From Puniceicoccaceae bacterium (GTDB taxonomy: Bacteria; Verrucomicrobiota; Verrucomicrobiia; Opitutales; Oceanipulchritudinaceae), in contig JBFOMH010000005.1 in the NCBI GenBank assembly GCA_040830765.1, forward strand, positions 96,001 to 160,000: a DNA stretch of 64,000 nucleotides, given 5' to 3'. Numbering within the stretch: the stretch's first letter is position 1; each line of letters starts with the position of its first letter. The position numbers and the translations under genes were made by a program. Below are positions 1 to 10,364 of this stretch, piece by piece. Below the pieces are notes generated by a model, which worked only from the letters and a program-made list of their open reading frames with translations, searched no databases and was not told the origin of the DNA.

Positions 1-342
1 GCCGGTCTGGCCCGGGCCATCGCCCTCGATCCGGACATCCTCTTTTTCGACGAGCCATCGGCCGGACTGGATCCCGTCTCCTCGAGAAACCTCGATGAGC
101 TCATCCTGGAGACCCGCAAGAGCCTTGGCGCGACCATTGTCCTCGTATCGCATGAACTATCGAGTATCTTCACGGTGGCTGACCGGGCGGTCTACCTCGA
201 TGCCACGGAACGGCGCATGGGAGGCATCGGCTCACCCGAGGAGCTCCTCCGCAATCCCCCCAGCCCGGCCGTTCATGCCTTTCTCACCCGCAACCATTCG
301 GAACGGACGGATCAACACCAGGACTCCGTCGATCCGTCCTGA
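1..342 (+). CDS. mlaF: ABC transporter ATP-binding protein, MlaF-like (5' truncated by window edge)
   Basis: Not in the ORF track. Frame 1 reads AGLARAIALDPDILFFDEPSAGLDP...LVSHEL...DPS* (Walker B, D-loop, H-loop), stop TGA at 340-342. Lies directly upstream of an MCE gene. Confidence 0.85.
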   Translation, partial: AGLARAIALDPDILFFDEPSAGLDPVSSRNLDELILETRKSLGATIVLVSHELSSIFTVADRAVYLDATERRMGGIGSPEELLRNPPSPAVHAFLTRNHSERTDQHQDSVDPS

Positions 343-402
343 TCCAAAGCCACTTTTTCTTTGCCCGTGTCCTTTAATTCCTGAAACATCAAGTTAACGA
401 CC

Positions 403-1413
403 ATGAAGCGCCTTTCCAATGCAACCCTTGTCGGAATTTTCGTCCTTGTAGCCGCCTTCCTTGGTATCGCCACCATTATCTACGTCGGCTCCAGTCGCCT
501 TTTCAAGGCTGAGGAGGATTTCATTGTCTACTTTGGGGAATCGGTCAACGGCTTGACCGTTGGAGCCCCGGTCAAGTTCAAGGGAGTTCCCATCGGCCAG
601 GTTCGCGACATTCGCATCACCTACAAACAGCGACTGACCCGCGGCGATTCCTATATACCGGTTTTCTTCTCCATCGACCTGAAGAAGGTTGGTCGCAAGC
701 TGGACCAGAACCTCGCCATCGACCTTATCGATCCATTAAAATTCGAGGAGGAAATCCGTAACGGCCTACGGGCCAAACTGCAGTTGGAAAGCTTCCTCAC
801 CGGGCTTCTCTACATCGAGTTGGATTACTACGAGAATCCGGGAATTCCCTCCCGGTGGCTGCAGATGGACGAGGACCTGAAGGAGATTCCCTCCCTGCCT
901 TCCGACATGGCGGAGTTCGGGGCCAAGACAACAGACATTCTCGGTCACCTCGCTTCCCTGGATGTTGAGGGTATCAGCAACCGTCTGGTGCGAATCCTGG
1001 AGCGACTGGATACGGTCATGCATGAGATCGATTTCAAGGGAATGAATAGTTCGGTTGTCGACACCACGGCCACCCTCCGTGATGCACTCGAGGAACTGCA
1101 GCTGGACCAGACGGTTCCCGCCCTTAGGGAGACGCTGCTTTCGCTGAAGTCGGTTGCGGACAAACTGGAAGGAGCCATCGATCCAGCCGTTGCCGATTAC
1201 CAGGCGGTGATGAAGGATGTCTCCGGTACCCTCCAGCGAAGCAACGAGGTCCTCAACAATCTGGAGGAATTGACCTCGGTTGACAGCAGGACCCGGCGCG
1301 AGCTGGTCAAGACCCTTGAAGCCCTTCAGCGGGCCTCGCAAAGTGCGGAGGAATTGCTGGCCTACCTTGAACGAAATCCGCGGGCCCTAATCAGCGGGCG
1401 TGCCCAACCTTGA
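403..1413 (+). CDS. MlaD/MCE family protein (PqiB-like single MCE domain plus helical region)
   Basis: N-terminal TM helix; MCE motif SVNGLTVGAPVKFKGVPIGQV; GLRAKLQLESFLTGLLYIEL; C-terminal YLERNPRALISG. Confidence 0.9.
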   Translation: MKRLSNATLVGIFVLVAAFLGIATIIYVGSSRLFKAEEDFIVYFGESVNGLTVGAPVKFKGVPIGQVRDIRITYKQRLTRGDSYIPVFFSIDLKKVGRKLDQNLAIDLIDPLKFEEEIRNGLRAKLQLESFLTGLLYIELDYYENPGIPSRWLQMDEDLKEIPSLPSDMAEFGAKTTDILGHLASLDVEGISNRLVRILERLDTVMHEIDFKGMNSSVVDTTATLRDALEELQLDQTVPALRETLLSLKSVADKLEGAIDPAVADYQAVMKDVSGTLQRSNEVLNNLEELTSVDSRTRRELVKTLEALQRASQSAEELLAYLERNPRALISGRAQP

Positions 1414-1424
1414 TTTTGCCGACC

Positions 1425-2015
1425 ATGAATACTTCAACTATCACCAAGCGTTTCCGGTTGCTGGCTTCCCTCATCCTCATGGCCAGCCTGACAGGCTGTA
1501 TCAACCTGGATCCGGTCCAGGAATCAACGACCTTCCATGTCCTCGGACAGGCATCGAGAGGCTCCGTTGATCCCATTGAGGTGCGGGTGGCCATCCGTGA
1601 CACCCACTTGATAGACTTTCTCAACAATTCCCAGGTGGTTGAGTTGTCCGGGACCAGTGAGGTCCGCTACCTCTCCGAGCATCGATGGGCCGGTGCTCTC
1701 GACTCGATGCTATCCCAGGTCGTCGCCTCCGAACTGGAAGCCTCGGTCAAGGGTCTTTATGCTACCGCCGGGGATTCGGCCGAGGCCGACCTCAATATCG
1801 ACATTACGATCCTGCAATTTTGCCTCACCGACCGGGGCGGCGTCTCCGTATCCATGGAATACCGCATTGTCGATGCCGCAACACGTGAAGCAGTCGCTGA
1901 GGGGCGCGTTTCCCGTTCCATTGAAGATGCCGGAAACTCAATCGGCCGCCGCATCAGCCGACTCGAATCCGCCCTGCGGGAGGCCGTCAGGGAAATGGCG
2001 GACAGGTCCCTCTGA
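1425..2015 (+). CDS. PqiC-like ABC transport auxiliary lipoprotein
   Basis: Lipobox SLTGC; HRWAGALDSML motif; follows the MCE gene. ATG at 1425 preferred over TTG at 1410. Confidence 0.8.
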   Translation: MNTSTITKRFRLLASLILMASLTGCINLDPVQESTTFHVLGQASRGSVDPIEVRVAIRDTHLIDFLNNSQVVELSGTSEVRYLSEHRWAGALDSMLSQVVASELEASVKGLYATAGDSAEADLNIDITILQFCLTDRGGVSVSMEYRIVDAATREAVAEGRVSRSIEDAGNSIGRRISRLESALREAVREMADRSL

Positions 2016-2018
2016 GAC

Positions 2019-2294
2019 TTATCGCCGGGTTGCCGGCATGGGACGCGGTGTAGCCGGGCGTGCCGGCAAGTTTACCGGACGGTCCGGCCGTGGACGCGAG
2101 GGAGGATTGACGTAGATCGGCCGACCATAATAACCATGGCGGTACCACGGATCGTAGTACCCCATACCATAGGAATAGCCGACGTACCCGGATGTACTCG
2201 AGGGGGCATAATTGGAAGAGCCGCACCCGCCCATTCCCAGGACAATGCTGACCAGGAGGCCCAAAAGAAGTGTCTTGCGATTAATTTTGTTCAT
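2019..2294 (-). CDS. Small lipoprotein, Gly/Tyr-rich then Pro/Arg-rich
   Basis: Signal peptide ending MGGC; 4-nt overlap with the upstream VOC gene. Confidence 0.7.
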   Translation of the reverse strand: MNKINRKTLLLGLLVSIVLGMGGCGSSNYAPSSTSGYVGYSYGMGYYDPWYRHGYYGRPIYVNPPSRPRPDRPVNLPARPATPRPMPATRR

Positions 2295-3190
2295 TGTCCA
2301 GCCTCCTCAGTTGAGGGATTGGGTGCCGCCTGCATGATGCCGACCAGCGCACCGGACGGATCGGTGAGAATTGCCAACCGGCCCTCGAGGATATCCTCAT
2401 CCGGAGGCAGCAAAACCTTCGCTCCACCACTGGAGAGATTAGCCAGGGTTTCCTCGATGGACTCGACGCGGATGAAGTGAATCCAGTCAGCCTTATCAAC
2501 CGGCGCATTGTCAGCCAATGGGGACAGACCAGCCCGGGCAAATCCTCCCGAACTGAGGAGGAAAAGCTGTGGTCCCTGGAACCGCTTGTCCTTGACGACT
2601 TTGTAATTGCCAACCGTCTCGTAGAAGTTGGCCGCGACCTGGGCATCCCCTGAGAGGTGTTGGGCCCAGAAGAAGTCCCCAATGTTGGGCATGTATTCAC
2701 CCGGATCCCCGCTAGCCGACTTCAGGACCCCAAAGATAGCTCCCTGATCATCCTGGAGAATAGCGTGCTCGCCACGTCCCGGGAATTGACCTTTCTGGAC
2801 CAGGATCCGACCGCCAGCAGCAATGACCGCTGAGGAAACGGAATCGACGGAATTGACCGAAGCATAGGCAATCCAGATGCCCCCCTCCTGGTCCCCGTCG
2901 ACCTTTGCCCGTTCGACAATTGCGGCCACCGGGTAACCCCCTGACCACATTAAATAGACTTTTCGTCCATTCAGCTCATGGGCTTCAGACTCCCAACCGA
3001 ACATGGTCTCATAGAAGGCTGCCATTTCACCCGGGACAGAGGTAAAGAGATCATGCCAGATTATCTTGCCGGGGTACCGCTGGTACGGATTCCCCTCGCC
3101 GAGGGACGGAAACTCCACTTCCCCATAAACCATGCCCATCGGCACAAGGGAAAGCAGCGCCCACAGAAAGAGAGAGATGCGCTTGTTCAT
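2291..3190 (-). CDS. Exported two-domain VOC (glyoxalase/bleomycin-resistance) family protein
   Basis: Signal peptide; PGKIIWHDLFT...AAFYETMFGW; GGRIL...GRGEHAILQDDQGAIFG; second repeat GRLAILTDPSGALVG. Confidence 0.85.
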   Translation of the reverse strand: MNKRISLFLWALLSLVPMGMVYGEVEFPSLGEGNPYQRYPGKIIWHDLFTSVPGEMAAFYETMFGWESEAHELNGRKVYLMWSGGYPVAAIVERAKVDGDQEGGIWIAYASVNSVDSVSSAVIAAGGRILVQKGQFPGRGEHAILQDDQGAIFGVLKSASGDPGEYMPNIGDFFWAQHLSGDAQVAANFYETVGNYKVVKDKRFQGPQLFLLSSGGFARAGLSPLADNAPVDKADWIHFIRVESIEETLANLSSGGAKVLLPPDEDILEGRLAILTDPSGALVGIMQAAPNPSTEEAGQ

Positions 3191-3240
3191 CAGGGCAGAA
3201 ATTTGGCCCTTCTACAGGTGGATGCAACTGAAAAGCGGAA

Positions 3241-6200
3241 TTATTCCCGGTCCAGACTGAACCAGCCGCTGCCATAGTCATAGAACCAGCGGACATCGCC
3301 TGTTCCGGACCCATTAAGGTAATAAAGCCACTGGTTCCGCTCATAGGCATAGAGGTGTGGATAGGTATCCGCTTGCGTCCAGACAAAGCCAATTTCGTCA
3401 TCCCAGAGATAAACGCCGTTCAGCTCAGGATTGGCATCGACAATCGCATACAGTGAGCCGTGTTCGAGATGGTGCAACCAGGCGGGGTCCTTCAGGGAGT
3501 GGGCGTACCAGCCAAACCAGTTCGATTCGCGCCAGAAGTCACCTGCATCGGTAGCATGAGTGTCAATTTCCCGCATCGTGTCTGGATGGAAGAGCCATTG
3601 CAGGCCATAAACGGCCCCTGCCGCGTCCGTTGTGGTTTTGCCCACCAGCTGCCAGGCAGCACTGTCCATTACCTGCCAGTCCCCGGAAGCACTGGTTCCG
3701 GCAGAGAGGTACTGGGCCGCGGCCGGAACGGCCGTTTGGATGGGCATGGTCTCGACCCCGTATATGCCAACCGGAACGTACAATGCGTCCGTCTCCAGCA
3801 CGGCATTATCCAGATTCAAGCTGTAGATATTCGGGAATTCGATTTCCAGCTGCTGGTTTCTCAGGAATGTCCCGTTGGTTGCATCCCCGCGGAAGATGTC
3901 TACCCTTTCCCGGACCGAGAGGAGGAATTCCGGTTCCCGTACTGCCCATGACGCGAACCATTGGTTCTCATAGGTGAAGGAATTCGTGACCTGGAAGCGA
4001 TTCTCTGCAAACTCGTGGTACCAGATTTCAAGGTCGTTGGCATACTCCCCGTCGTTGTACTTGTACTTGCTCCGCAAGTGGAACGGTGCCATCCAGGCCA
4101 GCGAGTAGGCGTAACTGTTTTGGGTATCATCCGGATAAAGCTTCTGCTTGAACAAGCTGAAAGCACTCGCCTGGTCCCATCCCCAGACCTCCACCATATT
4201 CCATTGAGGTTCGAAATAGAGGTAGTGATTCAGGCCATCCTGTACTGGCTCGACTGCTACAATGTGGGAAGGGATCCCCGTCCTCGGATACGAAACCGGC
4301 TTGGAGGCATCGCTGAAGTCGACTGCGATTAAGGTCGTGTAGGCCTTGTAGTCCGGATAGGAATCCGGCCGCTCATGTTCCTCGTAGGTCGTCATGCTGG
4401 CCAACAGCAGGGGTTCTTCCCAGAACCAGCCGGAGGCATAGTTCCAGAAGTCCTGCGTCGGGTAAGAGGCATGGGCTGGAATGGCCACTTCGCCGCTAGC
4501 GCCGACCGTACTAACAAGATAACTCAGGTTGCTCGGGTAATACCAAGGACCAGGCCAGATGTCGATGGCCCAGTAGATATAAGCCTGTTGGACATTGGAA
4601 GCCCAGACGATAGCACCATCCCCCGCCATGTAGGCTTCAAAGGAACCACCGAGATAGGGAATGCCTACAACCGAAGCTTCGTCCAGGAGCACAGGCTCCA
4701 AGGGGTTGCTGATGTCGTAGACCCGAACCGCCAGCGACTGCTTCTCGGGGATCTGCCAATAATCGGGCATAGGTCCTTCGGAAATGTCCTGAAGAAGAAT
4801 CAACCGGTCGCTCCTGTGCGTCACCCCGAGCAGGCGCCCGGCTGCCAGGCTCACCTCAGCCATCGGGACATTGGGCTCATCCTTGGCAGTGACGTAAAGA
4901 ATCGGATCGGGCACGGCGGCAGGATTGTACGGTACCCGCCAGAAGTAATAGCCGCTTTCCTCTGATTCGAGTTGCAGCCAGTAATCCCCATTTGGGATCA
5001 GGTGCTGGACATTCCAGGCAAGCGTGGTTGCCCCACCCTCCACGGGAACATCCGGATCCGTTACATCTGTAGCGACAACTTCACGACCAGAAATGGTGAT
5101 GACCGTGTTGTCTCTCAAGACTCCGCGGCGGGGAACATCGATGTGCTGCACCTGGCCCCTCAGTTGCAGGCCAGTTTCATCCCAGGTTATGAGCTGCATA
5201 GCCTGGACCATCTCGCTGGAAGACCAGGCCCATGTAGTGAAAGGCAGCATTAACATGCCGGCGTCAGGGAAGAAGGAGATCGCCTGATCGTCATATTGCG
5301 CCTCGCTCCATGCCCAGGAATCCTCGCTTAGGAAAACCCGATCCTTGAGGCTCATGTTGGCCGGGTCGGCGACATCGAATATCGATACGGTCAGTTGCCG
5401 GTCCTCGATGCCAACCGCAAAGAGGTAGCCCTCCACCCATTCGATGTAGTTGGACCAACCGGGTACCTCAAGCTCACCGGCAACGACTGGGTGGGATGGG
5501 TTGCTGTTGTCGATCGAAAAGAGTGGATCGACAAACAGGAAGGTCACGATGTAGACCGTGTCGCCATAGAAGCGGGAAGCAAAAAGCGTCTCCCCGGGAG
5601 CCAGATCCAGGGAACCAATCTTGGTGAAGCCAGCATCCCCGAGGGAAAAGTTCTCCAGCTTGGTGGCGCGGCTGAACTGGCCTGTACTCCAGTCGGCCTG
5701 TTGGGAAATAGTCGTCAGGAGGCCATCGCTGAAGTTCATCTTGTACTTGTCCTGGATAACACCCGCCAGCGGTGCGACGCCAACCTGCTTGAGAATACCA
5801 TCCTCACCCGGGACCAGGACATGGACTTCCGAACGCCAGCGAAATCGCCAGTCGGTGGTCCGGTCGTGCCACTTGTTCAAACTGAGCAAAATACCGTCCG
5901 GCTGCGCATTAAGGACGGCATCCAGCCAACCATCTCCCTCAAATGACTGCACATCGACGACCCGTTCCGGTGCCGCATCGGACAGGGCGATTGTATAAAG
6001 CCGAATCAGGGGCGCCCGGCTGAGGTTGCCTTCGGGATTCGTTTCCTCCACCCACTCCCGCGTCATGACATAGAGGAAGTCATTGTAGCGCCGACTGTCC
6101 ATGTATTGACCCGCTTCAAGCTCGACTGTCTCAACACCTGTCAATGCTGTACCGTCAAAGTCGATAAATTGCAGGGCCACCTTGTCTTCGCTCCAGTAAT

Positions 6201-6789
6201 TGCCCGTGCCAACCAAGACAATGCGTCCATTATCAACGGCATAGAGATCCTCCCCTTTTGCCGGGTAGCGATAGTAGTCGAGCCATTCCGGATCCTCCGG
6301 GACGGTCATGTCGATAACCTGAAGGCCTCTGTACTGGTTGTAGAAAAACAAGGTATTGCCTTCCCATGCCCAGATGTCGGCCTCCTCAATCACCGGGTCT
6401 GAATCGCGCTTGCCGCCGGCCGCATCCTCGGTCATGTAGGCCCAGGCATTGGAAGAGGGCGGATACGCAACAAAGACATCGCCGGGGGCGGCCGAATTCT
6501 GGACCTTGCCTGCAAATGGGGACGCTGCGCTGTTGGCAAGAACCCTGAGCTCCGCAGAAGCGTATTCATCCGGAAGGGGAATCTTCAGCCACCCGGTATC
6601 GACTGCATCACGGTAACCGGAGGCAATGGCCAGCCAGCGGCCGGAATCCACGTCCTTGGCCTCGACGCGGACTTGTCGCACATCATCCTCGAGATGGAGC
6701 AGTACGGCTTGGCTGTTGTCCTGTGCGAATAAAGCATTTGCACTGGCGGCAGCGACCGCCAGCAGTGTCGTCGAATAATAGCGTATCAT
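3241..6789 (-). CDS. Secreted beta-propeller domain protein (Beta_propel-like) with aromatic-rich C-terminal domain
   Basis: Signal peptide; IEEADIW; GETLFASRFYGDTVYIVTFLFVDPLFSID...GELEVPGWSNYI; Trp/Tyr-rich last ~100 aa. Confidence 0.85.
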   Translation of the reverse strand: MIRYYSTTLLAVAAASANALFAQDNSQAVLLHLEDDVRQVRVEAKDVDSGRWLAIASGYRDAVDTGWLKIPLPDEYASAELRVLANSAASPFAGKVQNSAAPGDVFVAYPPSSNAWAYMTEDAAGGKRDSDPVIEEADIWAWEGNTLFFYNQYRGLQVIDMTVPEDPEWLDYYRYPAKGEDLYAVDNGRIVLVGTGNYWSEDKVALQFIDFDGTALTGVETVELEAGQYMDSRRYNDFLYVMTREWVEETNPEGNLSRAPLIRLYTIALSDAAPERVVDVQSFEGDGWLDAVLNAQPDGILLSLNKWHDRTTDWRFRWRSEVHVLVPGEDGILKQVGVAPLAGVIQDKYKMNFSDGLLTTISQQADWSTGQFSRATKLENFSLGDAGFTKIGSLDLAPGETLFASRFYGDTVYIVTFLFVDPLFSIDNSNPSHPVVAGELEVPGWSNYIEWVEGYLFAVGIEDRQLTVSIFDVADPANMSLKDRVFLSEDSWAWSEAQYDDQAISFFPDAGMLMLPFTTWAWSSSEMVQAMQLITWDETGLQLRGQVQHIDVPRRGVLRDNTVITISGREVVATDVTDPDVPVEGGATTLAWNVQHLIPNGDYWLQLESEESGYYFWRVPYNPAAVPDPILYVTAKDEPNVPMAEVSLAAGRLLGVTHRSDRLILLQDISEGPMPDYWQIPEKQSLAVRVYDISNPLEPVLLDEASVVGIPYLGGSFEAYMAGDGAIVWASNVQQAYIYWAIDIWPGPWYYPSNLSYLVSTVGASGEVAIPAHASYPTQDFWNYASGWFWEEPLLLASMTTYEEHERPDSYPDYKAYTTLIAVDFSDASKPVSYPRTGIPSHIVAVEPVQDGLNHYLYFEPQWNMVEVWGWDQASAFSLFKQKLYPDDTQNSYAYSLAWMAPFHLRSKYKYNDGEYANDLEIWYHEFAENRFQVTNSFTYENQWFASWAVREPEFLLSVRERVDIFRGDATNGTFLRNQQLEIEFPNIYSLNLDNAVLETDALYVPVGIYGVETMPIQTAVPAAAQYLSAGTSASGDWQVMDSAAWQLVGKTTTDAAGAVYGLQWLFHPDTMREIDTHATDAGDFWRESNWFGWYAHSLKDPAWLHHLEHGSLYAIVDANPELNGVYLWDDEIGFVWTQADTYPHLYAYERNQWLYYLNGSGTGDVRWFYDYGSGWFSLDRE

Positions 6790-6939
6790 ATTTCCCTCCG
6801 AGTAAGTTTAGCACTCCGACCGCTCCGCGGTCAACAGACTTAAACAGGCCCGGGAAGCTTTTGTTCCCTGAATTTCCGGGGAATCTTCCATCACAATCCT
6901 TGCCAAAACAGTTCCAGATTCTACTCTCCTCTCATCGAG

Positions 6940-8406
6940 ATGGATTCCCCCTCCAAGACAATTGCCATTGCCGGAGCCAGCGGCTTTGTCGGAACTTCGC
7001 TGCGAACTGCTCTTGGCCACAAATACAACTGGATTGGCCTGACCCGTTCAGAGACCGTTGTTGAGAAGGCAGGCCCTGAGGAGACAACCTGGCGACGCTG
7101 CGATCTCTTCTCCCTACCACAGGTCCGGACAGCTCTTGAAGGAGCCGATCTGGCCATTTACATGGTCCACTCGATGCTGCCCTCGAGCCGCCTGGTACAG
7201 GGAAATTTCCGGGACATGGACCTCCTTCTGGCGGATAATTTCATCCGGGCAGCCGAGGAAGCCGGGGTCAAGCGGGTGATCTACATCGGCGGACTGATCC
7301 CTACCGAGGAAGACGAATCCCGCCTCTCCCCTCACCTTGCCAGTCGGCTGGAGGTGGAACGAGTCCTGGGCTGCCGGTCGATTCCCGTGACAGTCCTCCG
7401 GGCCGGGCTCATTTTCGGGCCCGGTGGTTCCTCCGCCCGCATGCTGCTCAACCTGACCCGTCGTCTGCCGTTCATGCTGCTGCCCGCCTGGACCCGCAAC
7501 CGGACCCAATCGGTCGATATCCGGGATATCGTGCGGGCGATCGACCTTTGCCTGGAAAGTGATACCTACACAGGGACCTTCGATGTCGCCGGCCACAAGC
7601 CGATGAGCTACGGGGAGATGATCCTGAGGACAAGCGAGCTACTCGGGAGAAAGACGTCCTACCTGAGCATTCCCGTCAATCTGGTCCGCCTCAGCCGGCG
7701 CTGGGTAAGCCTTTTTGGGAGCACCCCCACTTATCTCGTCGGGCCGCTTCTGGAAAGCCTGCGCCACAGCCTCGAGGCAAAAAGCAATCCGCTCCTTGAA
7801 GCGATTATGGCGGATGCCATACCCTTCGATCAGAGTGTCCGGGACTCCATTGATGCCGCGGGGCGACCACTGCCCAATCCCCGGCAGACCATCCTCAAGG
7901 AGGACTCGGAAAAGCTGTTCCGGGCCAAACGGGTGCGGTCGATCCAGCGCATGCCCTTGCCTGATCATTGGTCCGCCCCCAAGCTGTCGGATACCTATGC
8001 CAGCTGGATCAGTCGTTTTACGCTTTCATTTGTCCAGGAGGACAGGAATGGTGACGGTATCCTGCGCTTCCGGCTGTTCGGCAGCAGAGTCGTCCTCCTT
8101 GAGTTCACCCCGACACCCTATTCGGCCAATTGCCGGTATCGGCGGGCCTATTACATCACCGGCGGCGCCCTCTCCAAGACCGTCGACCCCCCGGGTCGTT
8201 TCGAGCTGCGCATTTTCCCTGAACTGGGCTGCCTCGTCACCGCTATCCACGGTTACAACCCGAGAATCCCCTGGTGGCTCTACTCGGTCAGCCAGGCCTA
8301 TGTCCACCTGGCCGTTATGAAGGCCTTTTCACGTTTCCTTCGAAAATTGCGTGACCAAATTGCTAAAGAAGCCTCCGATGGGGGAACATCCGGCAATTGC
8401 GATTGA
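6940..8406 (+). CDS. NAD(P)-binding atypical SDR, YbjT-like, with C-terminal extension
   Basis: IAIAGASGFVG Rossmann motif; YMVHSM; SPHLASRLEVE; LRAGLIFGPGGSS. Confidence 0.85.
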   Translation: MDSPSKTIAIAGASGFVGTSLRTALGHKYNWIGLTRSETVVEKAGPEETTWRRCDLFSLPQVRTALEGADLAIYMVHSMLPSSRLVQGNFRDMDLLLADNFIRAAEEAGVKRVIYIGGLIPTEEDESRLSPHLASRLEVERVLGCRSIPVTVLRAGLIFGPGGSSARMLLNLTRRLPFMLLPAWTRNRTQSVDIRDIVRAIDLCLESDTYTGTFDVAGHKPMSYGEMILRTSELLGRKTSYLSIPVNLVRLSRRWVSLFGSTPTYLVGPLLESLRHSLEAKSNPLLEAIMADAIPFDQSVRDSIDAAGRPLPNPRQTILKEDSEKLFRAKRVRSIQRMPLPDHWSAPKLSDTYASWISRFTLSFVQEDRNGDGILRFRLFGSRVVLLEFTPTPYSANCRYRRAYYITGGALSKTVDPPGRFELRIFPELGCLVTAIHGYNPRIPWWLYSVSQAYVHLAVMKAFSRFLRKLRDQIAKEASDGGTSGNCD

Positions 8407-8473
8407 CGGATAGGCAGCAGGCGGCGACAGTCCGCCTCGGGATATGTTTTGCGGCTCTATTTTCTCAGCCGTC

Positions 8474-9667
8474 ATGCGCTGCTTTCCAACCGGATTGCGG
8501 GCATTGGCGGTGTCACTCATCGGGTTGTCTCCTCTTTTGGGGCAACCGGTGGACTACTATGCCTCGGCAGTGGGACTTACCGGTACACCCCTGAAAACCG
8601 CCTTGGAGGGCATCATCGACGGGCATTCCGTCCTCTCCTACACACCTGGCGTCTGGGAAGCCCATAAGGACCTTTATGAGGATCCGGATAATCCGGCGAA
8701 CCTGATCCTGTTCTATTCCCAGGCCAGCATCTCCAAGGCCCTTCAGGATAGCGGATCGAGTCCGGGCACTTACTTCAACCGGGAGCACCTCTGGCCGAGG
8801 AGCTATGGTGTTGGTTCCTCGGGTGCCGACAACACCGACTTGTTTCACCTCGTACCGGCCTACAAGGGAGTCAACAGCGACCGGGGCAACCAGTATTTCG
8901 ATTACTCCGATCCCAATGCCAGCGGCTACGCCGATCCGGCCAACACCCTGGCTCCCGATTGTACCGAAGACAACAATTCCTGGGAACCGGCTGATGCCCA
9001 AAAGGGCTGGGTCGCCCGGGCCATGCTCTACATGACCACCCGCTACAATTACCTTGATCTGGTGGACACACCTCCCAGCCCCGCTCCCAACACCAGCAGC
9101 TCAAGAATGGCCCAGCTGTCCGTCATGCTGGAATGGAACCGCAAATTCCTTCCCTCCGACAAGGAAACCGACGTTTGCCAGCGCATTTTCGACAACTACC
9201 AAGGCAACCGGAATCCCTACATCGACTTCCCGGAGTTTGCCGACCTGGTCTGGGTGAGCGGACCCTCTTGGGGAGGATGGAGGATGGAGCACTTCTCCCT
9301 CCAGGAATTGACGGATGACCTCGTTTCCGGGGACCTTGCCGATCCCGATGCTGATGGCCTCAACAATCTCATGGAAATGGCCCGCTACTCCGATCCGCGG
9401 ACGCCGGAAACCGATACCGTCATTGATTTTATTGAGGACGGGGGCTCGCTCATCATACGCTTCATACGCGCCAATGACACCAACAACCTCAATCTGGACC
9501 TCATCCTTGAGGAGTCGCAGAACCTGGTCGATTGGGCACCGACCAGCCTTGAGGGTGCCAGTACCACATCACTCGACTCCAACCGGGAAAGAGTTGACGT
9601 ACAAGTGGTTGCCAGCCCTCAGGAGCCCCGCTTCTTCCGGTTGCGGGCTATCCGGCCTGCCCTTTGA
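8474..9667 (+). CDS. Secreted endonuclease I family nuclease (Bsn/YurI-like) with TSP3-like motif and verrucomicrobial C-terminal domain
   Basis: Signal peptide; NREHLWPRS, TDLFHLVPA, NSDRGN, KGWVARAMLYMTTRY, QGNRNPYID; DPDADGLNNLME; ESQNLVDW...RFFRL. ATG 8474 preferred over 8444. Confidence 0.9.
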   Translation: MRCFPTGLRALAVSLIGLSPLLGQPVDYYASAVGLTGTPLKTALEGIIDGHSVLSYTPGVWEAHKDLYEDPDNPANLILFYSQASISKALQDSGSSPGTYFNREHLWPRSYGVGSSGADNTDLFHLVPAYKGVNSDRGNQYFDYSDPNASGYADPANTLAPDCTEDNNSWEPADAQKGWVARAMLYMTTRYNYLDLVDTPPSPAPNTSSSRMAQLSVMLEWNRKFLPSDKETDVCQRIFDNYQGNRNPYIDFPEFADLVWVSGPSWGGWRMEHFSLQELTDDLVSGDLADPDADGLNNLMEMARYSDPRTPETDTVIDFIEDGGSLIIRFIRANDTNNLNLDLILEESQNLVDWAPTSLEGASTTSLDSNRERVDVQVVASPQEPRFFRLRAIRPAL

Positions 9668-9733
9668 GCCTTGCCAGCAGCGGCAACATTCATACCGATA
9701 GTTATCTGTCCCTAACTTGATCGAACTTTTCTT

Positions 9734-10309
9734 GTGCCCACATTCAAGCAGCAGCCATTCCTGATGCTCACCGCATTGGTCTCTTCCGCTATGGTGACCC
9801 CCGCCATGGGCAACTTCATCGATGGCGGACTCGAATGGCTCATGGTAACGGATTCCATCAACTTGGGATTCGAGGAAATGCAAGTGCAGCTGCAATCGGG
9901 AGGAACCTTCGAAGGCTACCGGCATGCCACCCTCGATGAGACGTGGACCCTGGCCAGTAACTTTGGGTATAATCCGGACTTGACTGCACTGGAGAATGCG
10001 GTGGCCGTCGAGAATCTGCACGAGGCCCTGGGAACGACCTTTGCCAGTAGTGCCGGTACGTTGCAGTTTTCCACCTTGGGATACATTGATGACGGTACCC
10101 GCTTCGACATTGTCCTGCAGCTCCCCATCCCGGACGATTCATCCACCTACCTCGGTGAAGCCTACCAGACCGATCTCGGCTTTCTTCCGCCACCGAGCAA
10201 CCTTATTGGCCATTACCTCGTCCGGCCGATACCGGAACCAGCCCATCTGGCTGCCATCTTGGGGCTGCTTGCTCTCTCGTTTCTGATTCGAAGGCATAGG
10301 ATCCGGTAA
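9734..10309 (+). CDS. PEP-CTERM sorting-domain protein
   Basis: Signal peptide; GLEWL...GYRHAT core; C-terminal IPEPAHLAAILGLLALSFLIRRHRIR. Confidence 0.85.
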   Translation: MPTFKQQPFLMLTALVSSAMVTPAMGNFIDGGLEWLMVTDSINLGFEEMQVQLQSGGTFEGYRHATLDETWTLASNFGYNPDLTALENAVAVENLHEALGTTFASSAGTLQFSTLGYIDDGTRFDIVLQLPIPDDSSTYLGEAYQTDLGFLPPPSNLIGHYLVRPIPEPAHLAAILGLLALSFLIRRHRIR

Positions 10310-10311
10310 AC

Positions 10312-10342
10312 AAAAAAGCCCCGTCGCATGGACGGGGCCTTG
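10312..10342 (-). terminator. Intrinsic terminator between convergent PEP-CTERM genes (possibly bidirectional)
   Basis: Stem GCCCCGTC (10318-10325) / GACGGGGC (10331-10338), 5-nt loop; A6 at 10312-10317 gives a U-tract on the minus strand. Confidence 0.8.
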
Positions 10343-10364
10343 AAAAGTAATTGATTGCCAATTC

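Noticed and set aside
95..397. 100-aa ORF in the track
   Set aside because: Wrong frame. Frame 1 (1-342) carries the ABC ATPase motifs.
9668..9733. Sigma-54/PrsR promoter for the PEP-CTERM gene
   Set aside because: No convincing TGGCAC-N5-TTGC element was found.
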